From: Azospirillum brasilense
GTDB taxonomy: Bacteria; Pseudomonadota; Alphaproteobacteria; Rickettsiales; UBA3002
DNA length: 64,000 bases
Assembly (NCBI GenBank): GCA_003241645.1
Contig: QFOX01000002.1
Span: forward strand, 1,459 to 65,458
Direction of reading: 5' to 3'
Shown here: piece after piece, positions 35,254 to 45,710 of the stretch
Numbering within the stretch: position 1 is the stretch's first letter
Layout of the letters: every line of letters starts with the position of its first letter
Notes under the pieces: model-generated
What the model saw: the letters and a program-made list of their open reading frames with translations, nothing else
Database searches by the model: none
What the model was told of the DNA's origin: nothing
Translations under genes and position numbers: made by a program

Positions 35254-36228
35254 ATGACCGACCGTTGGAGCGACAAGCATTCCCCCGCCCCGTTGCGCGG
35301 CGCGCAGGAGGTCGAGCTGCACGACCTGCCAAGCATTCCCAAAGTGCGCGCGGCCATGAAGGCCATGCAGGCACAAGGCATGGAGAGCCTGACCATTACC
35401 GCAGGCAATATCGACCGCTACATGCCCTTGCTGGAAGCCGCGTATAACGACGGTTACATGAACATCTTCACCAACCCCGACGAGCGCGAACCGTTCGACC
35501 GTTGGGTCAGCGACATTCGCGCCGGGGCGGATATTCCCAACACCCGCGTCATCACGCTGTTCGGCAAGAACCTGCAGTCCGACACGCCGGAACTCATCAG
35601 CGTTGGGGCGTCGGAGCTGTATCGCCTGAACGATGGCAGCATGTGCATGTTCCCCAATTATTATTATTCCATGGAGCGCGCGCAGCGCGAGGGCCAACCG
35701 AACAAAGACGCCCGCGCCGAGATCAACCCGCCCATTCCGGTCATGTTCGCCGCCCAGCTGGGTGATGCCACCAAAATGGCGGAAGCCGAAGGCAAGCGCA
35801 TCTCGAGCCTGTTCTTCGAGGCGGAAGACCCCACTAAGACGGCTGAATCCGGGCTTGAGGGGCAGGAACAACGCCAGGTGATGGCGCGCAACCGCATGTA
35901 CGAATCCATGATGAAGCATTTCGACATTCCGCACCTGAAGATCCCGCATTACGTGCAGCAACCGCTGGAAGAAGGGGCAGCCCCCTGCGAAGTGCTGACC
36001 GGGCGTTTCGTTGGCACCGCCACGCAGGCGCGTTCTTTCATCGACCAGTTCCAGCAGGCCTTCACCGGCCACACGCTGGATGAGAATACGGCAAACGAAC
36101 CGCAGACCTACGGCCCCATGCGCGATGGGCTGGACGGCATGATCGCCGCCCACACGCACGACACCCCCGCCACGCTGAATGCAAATGCGATCGATATCAA
36201 CTACTTAGCGAGTGGCCGGGGCCGTTAG
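35254..36228 (+). CDS. Hypothetical soluble protein
   Basis: 324 aa from an ATG preceded by AGGAG. No confident motif. Followed 51 nt later by an FAD amine oxidase gene on the same strand. Confidence 0.6.
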   Translation: MTDRWSDKHSPAPLRGAQEVELHDLPSIPKVRAAMKAMQAQGMESLTITAGNIDRYMPLLEAAYNDGYMNIFTNPDEREPFDRWVSDIRAGADIPNTRVITLFGKNLQSDTPELISVGASELYRLNDGSMCMFPNYYYSMERAQREGQPNKDARAEINPPIPVMFAAQLGDATKMAEAEGKRISSLFFEAEDPTKTAESGLEGQEQRQVMARNRMYESMMKHFDIPHLKIPHYVQQPLEEGAAPCEVLTGRFVGTATQARSFIDQFQQAFTGHTLDENTANEPQTYGPMRDGLDGMIAAHTHDTPATLNANAIDINYLASGRGR

Positions 36229-36279
36229 TTTCACCAAACCTTCACATTACTTCCGCCAAGGCTGCCCTAATATAAGCGC

Positions 36280-37836
36280 ATGAGTAACGCCGAACATGCC
36301 AAACCGCCCGAGCAGCTCGCCATTATTGGCGGCGGCATCAGCGGGCTGACGGCGGCCTATTACGCCCTGAAGAATGGGCAGGACCCCGCAAGCATTACCA
36401 TTTACGAGGGCGCTGGCCGCCTTGGTGGCAAGATCCAGACCGGCTATCTCGGCGGCGATCCGAACCGCCCGGTGAATATGGGCGCCGAATTCATCGATTC
36501 CGACCACACGCGGCTTATCGGCATTTGCAACGAACTTGGCGTGAAGCTCAAAGCCTCGAACGATCAGGGCAACGAAATTTTCCAGCGGCCCGACGGTTCG
36601 CGCATGGATGGCGATGCGTTCCACGCCGCCTATGGCCCGCTGCATGCGCGCATCATGGCCGATAAGGCCGAAGTGCTGAAGAACCCCGACGGCCTACTTG
36701 CCCAGCGTATTAATTCGCTGTCGATGAACGACTACCTGACCGAGCTTCGCCAGAGCACCCCTGCGGAGGAGAACCTCGGCATTCTCAAGCGCGTGGCGAA
36801 CCTTGTGACCGGCACGCAGAACCTGGTGAAGCCTGAGATCACCACCATGGCCATGCAGGCCTTCGCCTCGGAAGTGGGCCAGCCCCCGCAGAACGTGAGC
36901 GCGCTGCAATTCCTGCACGAAGCGAGCGCCGAAGCAGGCAGCTTCCTTGATTCCGACTGCGCCTACCGCGTGGAAGGCGGCACCGAAAAGGTCATTGATG
37001 CGCTCAAGCAGCATCTCGCCGAGAAGGGCGTGAAGTTCGAAACCAACGCGCCCGTGAAGCGCGTGGAAAAAGATGGCAACGGCAGCCTTATTACCTTCGA
37101 CCGTGAAGGTGCCGCGCCGGTGAAAGCCGAAAAGGTAGTGCTCGCCCTGCCCGCCTACGCGCTCGGGAAAATCGAAGGGCTGGAAACGCTGGGCATGAGC
37201 CCGCAGGCGCGCGACTACATTGGCGGCATGCAATACACCAACAGCGTCAAATTCACCGTGAAACTGAAAGACGGCATGAGCCCGCCGGACGGCAATTTCT
37301 TCGCCAACCACGGCATGCAGGTGTGGAGTGGCAACCCCGGCGAGCTGACCTTCCTGGTGAATGCCGACAAGCTCGAGAAAATGACCGCGCCGCAACTGGT
37401 GCAGGCCAGCCTGGAGAACTACGCGCGCACGAACAACATGGACCCCAACGCGCTGTTCGACCGCAGCCGCGGCAGCATCGTGTTCAACAACCCGGGCAAA
37501 GCGTCGGGCTGCTACCGCACGCAAAGCGCCGGCGACACCCGCAAGGACGAGCATCTGGCCGAAGCATTGGCCGGTATGAATCAGCACGGCGTGGCGGTGA
37601 CCGGCACCTTCCTGCCGCTGAAGAACGAGAACGGCATTGGCGTGGGCTTCATGGAGTGCGGCATCGCCAGTTCCGAACGCGCGATCGACCAGTTGGTTGC
37701 GCCGAAGAAAGAACGCTCCGCCGCCATGCAACAGATCCTTGATCGTGGCGTGAGCAACGACAATGAAGGCCACGTGGCCGCGCTGGAACAGCGCCGCGCC
37801 GCCGAACCGGCGCTTGCCGCCACGGCCACGCGCTAA
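36280..37836 (+). CDS. FAD-dependent amine oxidase family oxidoreductase
   Basis: N-terminal dinucleotide fold LAIIGGGISGLTAAYYAL...IYEGAGRLGGK and a GAEFI block. Size and layout match flavin monoamine/polyamine/L-amino-acid oxidases. Confidence 0.8.
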   Translation: MSNAEHAKPPEQLAIIGGGISGLTAAYYALKNGQDPASITIYEGAGRLGGKIQTGYLGGDPNRPVNMGAEFIDSDHTRLIGICNELGVKLKASNDQGNEIFQRPDGSRMDGDAFHAAYGPLHARIMADKAEVLKNPDGLLAQRINSLSMNDYLTELRQSTPAEENLGILKRVANLVTGTQNLVKPEITTMAMQAFASEVGQPPQNVSALQFLHEASAEAGSFLDSDCAYRVEGGTEKVIDALKQHLAEKGVKFETNAPVKRVEKDGNGSLITFDREGAAPVKAEKVVLALPAYALGKIEGLETLGMSPQARDYIGGMQYTNSVKFTVKLKDGMSPPDGNFFANHGMQVWSGNPGELTFLVNADKLEKMTAPQLVQASLENYARTNNMDPNALFDRSRGSIVFNNPGKASGCYRTQSAGDTRKDEHLAEALAGMNQHGVAVTGTFLPLKNENGIGVGFMECGIASSERAIDQLVAPKKERSAAMQQILDRGVSNDNEGHVAALEQRRAAEPALAATATR

Positions 37837-37954
37837 CCCTACCGTATTTATTTTTTGAAAGCCCACAGGGAGCACGCAGGCGGGCGCGTATCAACCATGC
37901 ATGCCACGGCAAACGGCATGCGTTGTTGTCACCACGTTAACCCATGAGGGTGTT

Positions 37955-38410
37955 ATGTTTACCCGCTCCCTGCTTGCCGCCGGCGCCGTTATGCTGGCGG
38001 GCACCGCTGCCCACGCGCAGTACTATCCCGCGACCTATCAGGAACCTTATTGCCGCGAATTCAACAAGGTGGTCACCGTGGGTGGCCAGCCCGCCCCCGC
38101 CTATGGGCAGGCCTGCTACCAGCCCGATGGCTCGTGGCAGATCATGTCCGACCAGATCCCGCGCGCGCAGCCGGTGCAATATGTGCCTGCGCAGAATCAG
38201 GTGATCTATGTGCCGCAACCAAGCCCACGCACCGTGTTCAGTTTTAACCTGAACAGCTACAACCCGTATCGCGTGCGTTATTACAATGAATATGGCCATG
38301 GCTGGCGCGATTGGAACCGTGGCCACGACCGCCGCGACTGGGATCGCGGGCGTGGGCATGGCCATTACAAACACGGCCATGGGCATGGCGGCGGCCACTG
38401 GCCGCGCTAA
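37955..38410 (+). CDS. Secreted protein with His/Gly/Arg-rich C-terminal tail
   Basis: Signal peptide MFTRSLLAAGAVMLAGTAAHA and two Cys. Tail HGWRDWNRGHDRRDWDRGRGHGHYKHGHGHGGGHWPR. Confidence 0.6.
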   Translation: MFTRSLLAAGAVMLAGTAAHAQYYPATYQEPYCREFNKVVTVGGQPAPAYGQACYQPDGSWQIMSDQIPRAQPVQYVPAQNQVIYVPQPSPRTVFSFNLNSYNPYRVRYYNEYGHGWRDWNRGHDRRDWDRGRGHGHYKHGHGHGGGHWPR

Positions 38411-38436
38411 CGCTTAATCTGCCTGAACCGTCACTT

Positions 38437-38480
38437 CTGGCCGGGGCCTGCCTCCCCATTGCCCCGGCCAGCTTTTTTTT
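38437..38480 (+). terminator. Rho-independent terminator
   Basis: CTGGCCGGGG-15 nt-CCCCGGCCAG (10-bp stem) followed by C and T8. Confidence 0.75.
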
Positions 38481-38539
38481 GCCTGTTGCTTCTGGCGGGT
38501 CGCCTGCGTAGGTTCGCGGCATTCAACCCGTGAGTATCT

Positions 38540-39922
38540 ATGACCTATTTTACCCAGCGCGCTGCCGCCAGCACCCCCATCATTCCCCTGAACGCCTCGC
38601 AGTTCCCGAACTGGCTGAAGGCGCAACCCGCGGCGGTGAAACAATGGTTCAAAACCAACCAGTACACCCACCGGGTGGATAGCCTCGTGGTGGTGCCGGA
38701 CGGCAAAGGCGGCATTGCCTGCGCCATGGTGGGCGTGGATGCCGCGCCGCATATCTGGTCCATCGCGTTCCTGCCCGCGCTGCTGCCTGCGGGCACGTAT
38801 CGCATCGAGGGTGAATTCACGACCGCGCAACTGGCCGACATGGCGCTGGGCTTTGCCCTGGGCCAATACCAGTTCGGCACCTACAAAAAGCTGGAGCGCA
38901 AAGCGATCACGCTGGTGCTGCCGAAATCGGCCAAGCCCGACGCGGTGGAACGCCGCGTGGCCGCCTATACGCTGGTGCGCGACCTCATCAACACCGCCCC
39001 GGCGGATATGGGGCCGGAGCAACTCGCCAAAGCCGCACAGGCCGTGGCCAAAGCGCATGGTGCCACGTTCGAGCAGATCGTGGGCGATGCGTTACTGAAA
39101 AAGAATTACCCCGCCATTCATGCGGTGGGCCGCGCTGCGCCGCAGGCCCCGCGCCTGATCCGCCTGCAATGGGGCAACCCGAAGCATAAGCGCGTGGCGC
39201 TGGTGGGCAAAGGCGTCACCTTCGATACGGGCGGGCTGGATCTGAAACCGCTGGCCGCCATGCGCCTGATGAAGAAGGACATGGGCGGTGCCGCGCTGGT
39301 GCTTGGCCTTGCGCAACTCATTATGCAGGAAAAACTGCCCGTCTATCTGGACGTGCTGATCCCCGCGGTGGAAAACAGCATCGACGGCAACGCCTTCCGC
39401 CCGTCGGACATTGTGCCGACCCGCAAGGGCCTGAGCATCGAGATCGGCTCGACCGATGCGGAAGGCCGCGTCATTCTGGCGGATGCACTGGCCGAAGCCG
39501 ATGCAGGCAAGCCCGACCTGATGATCGACGTGGCGACCCTCACCGGGGCCGCACGCACTGCATTGGGCACGGAGCTGCCCGCGCTGTATTCCAACCGCGA
39601 CGCGGTGGCGCAGGCCATCCAGCAGACCGGCATGCGCCTGCGCGATCCGCTCTGGCACATGCCGCTGTGGCAGGGCTACGCGAAATACGTGAATAGCCCC
39701 GTGGCCGATATTGCCAACTCGCCGAACTACGGTTTTGCCGGTAGCGTCACCGCCGCGCTGTTCCTTGAGCGGTTCGTGTCGCCGGGCACGGAATGGGTGC
39801 ATATCGACAGCTACGCGTGGAACGCCGAAGCGCAGCCCGGCCGCCCGGTGGGTGGCGAAGCGCTGTGCCTGCGCGCGCTGTATGCCTACCTTACCGAGCG
39901 CTACACCGCCGCGCGCAAGTAA
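38540..39922 (+). CDS. Leucyl aminopeptidase family (M17) protein
   Basis: VGKGVTFDTGGLDLKP, MKKDMGGAA and GSTDAEGRVILADAL (NTDAEGR-type motif). Confidence 0.9.
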   Translation: MTYFTQRAAASTPIIPLNASQFPNWLKAQPAAVKQWFKTNQYTHRVDSLVVVPDGKGGIACAMVGVDAAPHIWSIAFLPALLPAGTYRIEGEFTTAQLADMALGFALGQYQFGTYKKLERKAITLVLPKSAKPDAVERRVAAYTLVRDLINTAPADMGPEQLAKAAQAVAKAHGATFEQIVGDALLKKNYPAIHAVGRAAPQAPRLIRLQWGNPKHKRVALVGKGVTFDTGGLDLKPLAAMRLMKKDMGGAALVLGLAQLIMQEKLPVYLDVLIPAVENSIDGNAFRPSDIVPTRKGLSIEIGSTDAEGRVILADALAEADAGKPDLMIDVATLTGAARTALGTELPALYSNRDAVAQAIQQTGMRLRDPLWHMPLWQGYAKYVNSPVADIANSPNYGFAGSVTAALFLERFVSPGTEWVHIDSYAWNAEAQPGRPVGGEALCLRALYAYLTERYTAARK

Positions 39923-39960
39923 GGGTTGCATTACGCCGGGCTTATGGTACCCCTCGTTCC

Positions 39961-40317
39961 ATGAGCGAAATGAATACAGCCCCGTTGGGTAATCCGTTCG
40001 ATGCCTTGCACGCCCTGCACCGCGCCACCACCCGCGCGCTGAAAGAGCTGCCGTTCGACCTGTCGCAGCGGCAGCTGGCCATTTTACTGACCATTTACAT
40101 GGCCCCGCCACCACACACGGTGCGCTCGCTTTCCGAACAGCTCAGCATCAGCAAACCCGCGGTTTGCCGGGCTTTAGACACGCTCTCGCTGCATGATCTG
40201 GTACGCCGCAAGAAGGATGAGGCCGACCGCCGCATCGTGTACCTGAACCGCACCGTGAATGGTTCCGTCTTCCTGCGTGACCTTGGCGAGATCTACGCGT
40301 TGGCGCAGGCAGCCTAG
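39961..40317 (+). CDS. Small MarR-family winged-helix regulator
   Basis: 118 aa. LSQRQLAILLTIY...HTVRSLSEQLSISKPAVCRALDTLSLHDLVRRKKDEADRRIVYLNRT is a wHTH plus wing of MarR type. Confidence 0.7.
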   Translation: MSEMNTAPLGNPFDALHALHRATTRALKELPFDLSQRQLAILLTIYMAPPPHTVRSLSEQLSISKPAVCRALDTLSLHDLVRRKKDEADRRIVYLNRTVNGSVFLRDLGEIYALAQAA

Positions 40318-40579
40318 CCTTTTTGCGGGATAGGTAAAATTTTCCTAGATTGCCTTAAAATAGCGCTTGCCACATCGCCCGTTTATCGATAAGTTCACAT
40401 TGTAGGCAAATTCTGCCCTACGCATAAAAAATTAAAAAAACATCGGCAAGCTTTCATACGTCAACTGCTCTGAATGGGGATTACGAGCTATGCCTTTCGC
40501 ACACCGCCACGGTGCTTCGCTTTTTTCGGCCGAATCGGCCTCCCCCGAACTCAACCCCCTGTCTTTTGCGGAGTAGCCC

Positions 40580-42217
40580 ATGAACGCTATGGTTCAGTCG
40601 CTGCGTGACCTTAGCCAGCTGAAACTGGCACTCATGATCGGCACCGCGGTGGTGATGATCGGCTTCTTCGCGTTCGTGTCGCTGCGTTTGTCGGCCCCCA
40701 CCATGGCGCCCATTTTCACCAGCGTGCCGCTGGAAGACGGCGCGAAGATCATCCAAGAGCTGGACGCCAAAGGCATTCCGTATGAGCTGCGCGCCAACGG
40801 CACGCAAATTCTTGTGCCCGCCGATCAGGTAGACAAACTCCGCCTCGGCATGGCGCAATTGGGCCTGCCCAGCTCGGGCTCCATCGTGGGTTATGAGATC
40901 TTCGATAAGGGCGACACGCTGGGCACCAGCAATTTCGTGCTCAGCCTGAACCAGCTGCGCGCACTGGAAGGCGAACTGGCGCGCACCATCTCCAGCTTTG
41001 AAACGGTGGATAATGCGCGCATCCATCTGGTGATGCCCAAACGCGAACTGTTCACGCGCGACGCCGCCATGCCCACCGCCAGCGTGGCCGTGAAGCTGCG
41101 TGGCGTGAGCAACCTGAGCAAGAACGAGATCGCGGCCATTCGCCACCTTGTGGCGACCGCCGTACCGGGCCTGAAGCCCCAGCACGTGACCATTGTGGAC
41201 AGCCGCGGCGCCCTGCTCGCCAAGGGCGTGGATGAGGCCACCGACCCCAACGTGATGAGCGAAGAAGCCGAAGATTTCCGCGTGGCTTACGAGAACCGCA
41301 CGCGCGACACGATCGAGCGCCTGCTGGCCCAATCCATCGGCACCGGCAAAGTGAAGGCCGAAGTGCATGCCGATATCGATTTTGACCGCATCGTGAAGAA
41401 CGAAGAGAAGTTCGACCCCGAGGGTCAGGTCGCGCGTTCGGTGCAATCGGTCAGCGAGAACGAGCGCTCGAACGAAGCCGCCGACGGCACGGTGAGCGTG
41501 GGCAACAACCTGCCCCAGAACCAGACCAACAGCGCCGGTGCAGGCGGCTCGAACTCGGACCGTAACCGCAACGAAGAGACCACCAACTTCGAGATCAGCA
41601 AGCAAGTGGTGAACTCGGTGAAAGAGACCGGCACCGTGAAGCGCCTGTCGGTGGCGGTGCTGGTGGATGGGCTCTATACCGGTGAAGGCGACAAGGCCAC
41701 CTACGCGCCGCGCACCGAAGAGCAGCTGAAGCAGTTGGAAGAGCTGGTGCAGTCGGCCATTGGCTATGACGCCAGCCGTGGCGACGAAGTGAAAGTGGTG
41801 AACATGCAGTTCGCGCAGGAAGGCAGCGACCTGTTCGCCGAAGGCCCGTTCGACTGGCTGAAGAACGACTTCAACTCCATCATCCAGACGCTGGTGCTGG
41901 GCGGTGTGGCCATCCTCTCCATCCTGCTGGTGATCCGCCCGCTGGTGGCCCGCGCCATCGAATCGGCAGAAGCCGCGACCAAGGACGAGGAAATGGACCA
42001 GCTCTCGCTGGTGGCACCGAACATTGCTGCCCGCCTGACCGACCAGTCGCGTGCCAGCTCGCTGGGTGACGAGGAGCCGGAAGAGGATATGATCAACATC
42101 GACCGTATCCAGGGCAAACTGAAATCGAGCAGCTACAACAAGATCAACGCAATGATCGAGAAGCACCCAGAAGAGACCGCACAGATCTTCCGCCAGTGGC
42201 TCAGCAGCATGAACTAG
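40580..42217 (+). CDS. fliF: Flagellar M-ring protein FliF
   Basis: 545 aa. N-terminal TM segment. YscJ/FliF blocks (..ELDAKGIPYEL...QILVPADQV..LR..LA..GLP). Second TM near the C-terminus. Confidence 0.95.
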   Translation: MNAMVQSLRDLSQLKLALMIGTAVVMIGFFAFVSLRLSAPTMAPIFTSVPLEDGAKIIQELDAKGIPYELRANGTQILVPADQVDKLRLGMAQLGLPSSGSIVGYEIFDKGDTLGTSNFVLSLNQLRALEGELARTISSFETVDNARIHLVMPKRELFTRDAAMPTASVAVKLRGVSNLSKNEIAAIRHLVATAVPGLKPQHVTIVDSRGALLAKGVDEATDPNVMSEEAEDFRVAYENRTRDTIERLLAQSIGTGKVKAEVHADIDFDRIVKNEEKFDPEGQVARSVQSVSENERSNEAADGTVSVGNNLPQNQTNSAGAGGSNSDRNRNEETTNFEISKQVVNSVKETGTVKRLSVAVLVDGLYTGEGDKATYAPRTEEQLKQLEELVQSAIGYDASRGDEVKVVNMQFAQEGSDLFAEGPFDWLKNDFNSIIQTLVLGGVAILSILLVIRPLVARAIESAEAATKDEEMDQLSLVAPNIAARLTDQSRASSLGDEEPEEDMINIDRIQGKLKSSSYNKINAMIEKHPEETAQIFRQWLSSMN

Positions 42218-42232
42218 GAAACGGTAAGCACC

Positions 42233-43270
42233 ATGGCACCCCTTCCCACCACGACCGATAAAAAAGAAGATTACCGCAAGCTCAGCGGGCCGCAGAAAGC
42301 CGCCATCCTTATGATGTCGGTGGATGAGGAGAACGCGACCAAGCTGTTCAACCTGCTGGACGATGAAGAGATCAAGGAGATCTCGAACACCATGGCGTCG
42401 CTCGGCACGGTCAGCTCCGAAACGGTGGAGCGCCTGTTCCTTGATTTCGTGGAGTCCATGTCCTCGACCGGGGTGGTGGTGGGTAACTTCGACTCCACCG
42501 AGCGCCTGCTGATGAAAGCCCTCGGCAAGGACCGGGTGGATTCCATCATGGAAGACATTCGCGGCCCCGCCGGTCGCACCACGTGGGACAAGCTGGGCAA
42601 CGTGAACGAGGAGATCCTCGCCACCTTCCTGAAGAACGAATACCCGCAGACCATTGCGCTGGTGCTTTCCAAAATCAAGGCCGACCACGCGGCGCGCGTG
42701 CTCTCCGTGTTCCCGGACGAGCTGGCGACCGAGGTCATCATGCGCATGCTTGGCATGGAAGCCGTGAAGAAAGAAGTGCTCGACGGTGTGGAGAAAACGC
42801 TGCGCGTGGAATTCATGAGCAACCTTGCAAAAACGCAGCGTCGCGACACCCACGAGATCATGGCCGAGATCTTCAACAACTTCGACCGCAACACCGAATC
42901 GAAATTCATGGGTGTGCTGGAACAGAAGAACGTGGAATCGGCCGAACGCATCCGCGCGCTTATGTTCACCTTCGAAGACCTCAAGAAGATCGACATCAAT
43001 GGCGTTCAGGCACTGCTGCGCGCGGTACCGAAGGACAAGCTCGCCATTGCCATGAAGGGCGCCTCGGAGACCATCAAGGATATGTTCTTCAAGAACATGT
43101 CCGAACGCGCCAGCAAACTGCTGCGCGAGGACATGGAAGCCATGGGCCCGGTACGCCTGAAAGACGTGGACGAAGCGCAAATGGCGATCGTGCAGGTGGC
43201 CAAAGACCTCGCCGCCAAGGGCGAGATCGTCATCGGCGGCGATTCGGGCGAAGACCAACTGGTGTACTAA
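42233..43270 (+). CDS. fliG: Flagellar motor switch protein FliG
   Basis: [35 protein letters not shown] and the torque-helix region typical of FliG. Confidence 0.95.
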   Translation: MAPLPTTTDKKEDYRKLSGPQKAAILMMSVDEENATKLFNLLDDEEIKEISNTMASLGTVSSETVERLFLDFVESMSSTGVVVGNFDSTERLLMKALGKDRVDSIMEDIRGPAGRTTWDKLGNVNEEILATFLKNEYPQTIALVLSKIKADHAARVLSVFPDELATEVIMRMLGMEAVKKEVLDGVEKTLRVEFMSNLAKTQRRDTHEIMAEIFNNFDRNTESKFMGVLEQKNVESAERIRALMFTFEDLKKIDINGVQALLRAVPKDKLAIAMKGASETIKDMFFKNMSERASKLLREDMEAMGPVRLKDVDEAQMAIVQVAKDLAAKGEIVIGGDSGEDQLVY

Positions 43271-43288
43271 CGGCGGGATGCACACAGC

Positions 43289-43993
43289 ATGAGCGAAATG
43301 AAACTGCAACGCTTCGATATGCGCCACCTGCGCGACTTCCGCGCGCCCATCACGGTGAACACCGCGGCGCTGGAAGAAGTGACCGCTGCCGAGGTGGCCG
43401 CCCCCATCGTGCTGCCCACCTTCTCGGAAGAGGATGTGGCCCATGCGCGCGACGCGGCCAAAAAGCTGGGCTACGCCGAAGGGTTCGAAGCCGGGCTGGC
43501 GCAGGCCAACAACGAAGCCACCGCCCGCGCCCGCGACCTTGCGCACAACCTTTCGCGCATCGGCGACCAGCTGGCGCAGCTGATGCAACAATACCAGTCG
43601 CTCATCGACCAGCAGGCAAGCGAGCTGAACATGCTGGTGCTGATGATCGCGCGCAAAGTTGCCGGTGAAGCGATGGACAAGCACGGCACCGCCACCATCG
43701 AAGCCGTGGTGCAACGCTGCATGCCCATCGTGTTCGGTAAACCGCGCGTGCTGATCGAGATGGCGCCCGCCATGCTGGAAGCCGTGCAGGCGACGCTTTC
43801 CGAGCAGTTCGAGCAGGCAGGCTTTCAGGGCGATGTGGAATTCCGCCCGCTGGACGGCATGGACGAACACGACATCCGCGTGAACTGGGCGAATGGCCAG
43901 GCCAGCCGCTCCACCGCGCAGATGTGGCAGGAAATCGAGGCACTCTTGCAGCAGGTGCCGCTTACCCCTACGCTGCCCAACCACGACGCATAG
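43289..43993 (+). CDS. fliH: Flagellar assembly protein FliH
   Basis: Position between fliG and fliN. Coiled N-terminal half and a FliH/YscL-like C-terminal half (..IARKVAGEAM...). Sequence family only weakly recognisable. Confidence 0.65.
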   Translation: MSEMKLQRFDMRHLRDFRAPITVNTAALEEVTAAEVAAPIVLPTFSEEDVAHARDAAKKLGYAEGFEAGLAQANNEATARARDLAHNLSRIGDQLAQLMQQYQSLIDQQASELNMLVLMIARKVAGEAMDKHGTATIEAVVQRCMPIVFGKPRVLIEMAPAMLEAVQATLSEQFEQAGFQGDVEFRPLDGMDEHDIRVNWANGQASRSTAQMWQEIEALLQQVPLTPTLPNHDA

Positions 43994-44012
43994 AAAATAA
44001 AAGGAGCAACCC

Positions 44013-44300
44013 ATGGCCGACGATATGAATTTTGGCGATAACGCCGCCGCCGACGGCAACATTACCCTCGAGGCGGTGCAGGATATTCCTGTCCAGATCT
44101 CGGTGGTGCTGGGCAAAACCAGCATGCAGGTGCAGCAGCTGCTGAAGCTGGGCCGCGGTGCCGTAGTGGAGCTGGACCGCAAAGTGGGCGAGCCGGTCGA
44201 TATCTTCGTGAATAACCGCCTCGTCGCCCGCGGCGAAGTGGTGGTGGTGGAAGACAAGATCGGCGTGACGATGACCGAGATCATCAAGGCCGAGAAATAA
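44013..44300 (+). CDS. fliN: Flagellar motor switch protein FliN
   Basis: SpoA/FliN domain: ISVVLGKTSMQVQQLLKLGRGAVVELDRKVGEPVDIFVNNRLVARGEVVVVEDKIGV. Confidence 0.9.
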   Translation: MADDMNFGDNAAADGNITLEAVQDIPVQISVVLGKTSMQVQQLLKLGRGAVVELDRKVGEPVDIFVNNRLVARGEVVVVEDKIGVTMTEIIKAEK

Positions 44301-44345
44301 GCAACGACCGCAAACAATGCGGCGCTTAGTGAATGAGGTGTGTGT

Positions 44346-45709
<1,364 letters not shown>

Positions 45710-45710
<1 letters not shown>

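Noticed and set aside
40317-40580. Sigma-54 (-24 GG / -12 GC) or CtrA (TTAA-N7-TTAAC) promoter elements upstream of fliF
   Set aside because: Only isolated half-sites were found (for example a single TTAA). No correctly spaced full site could be supported from the sequence.
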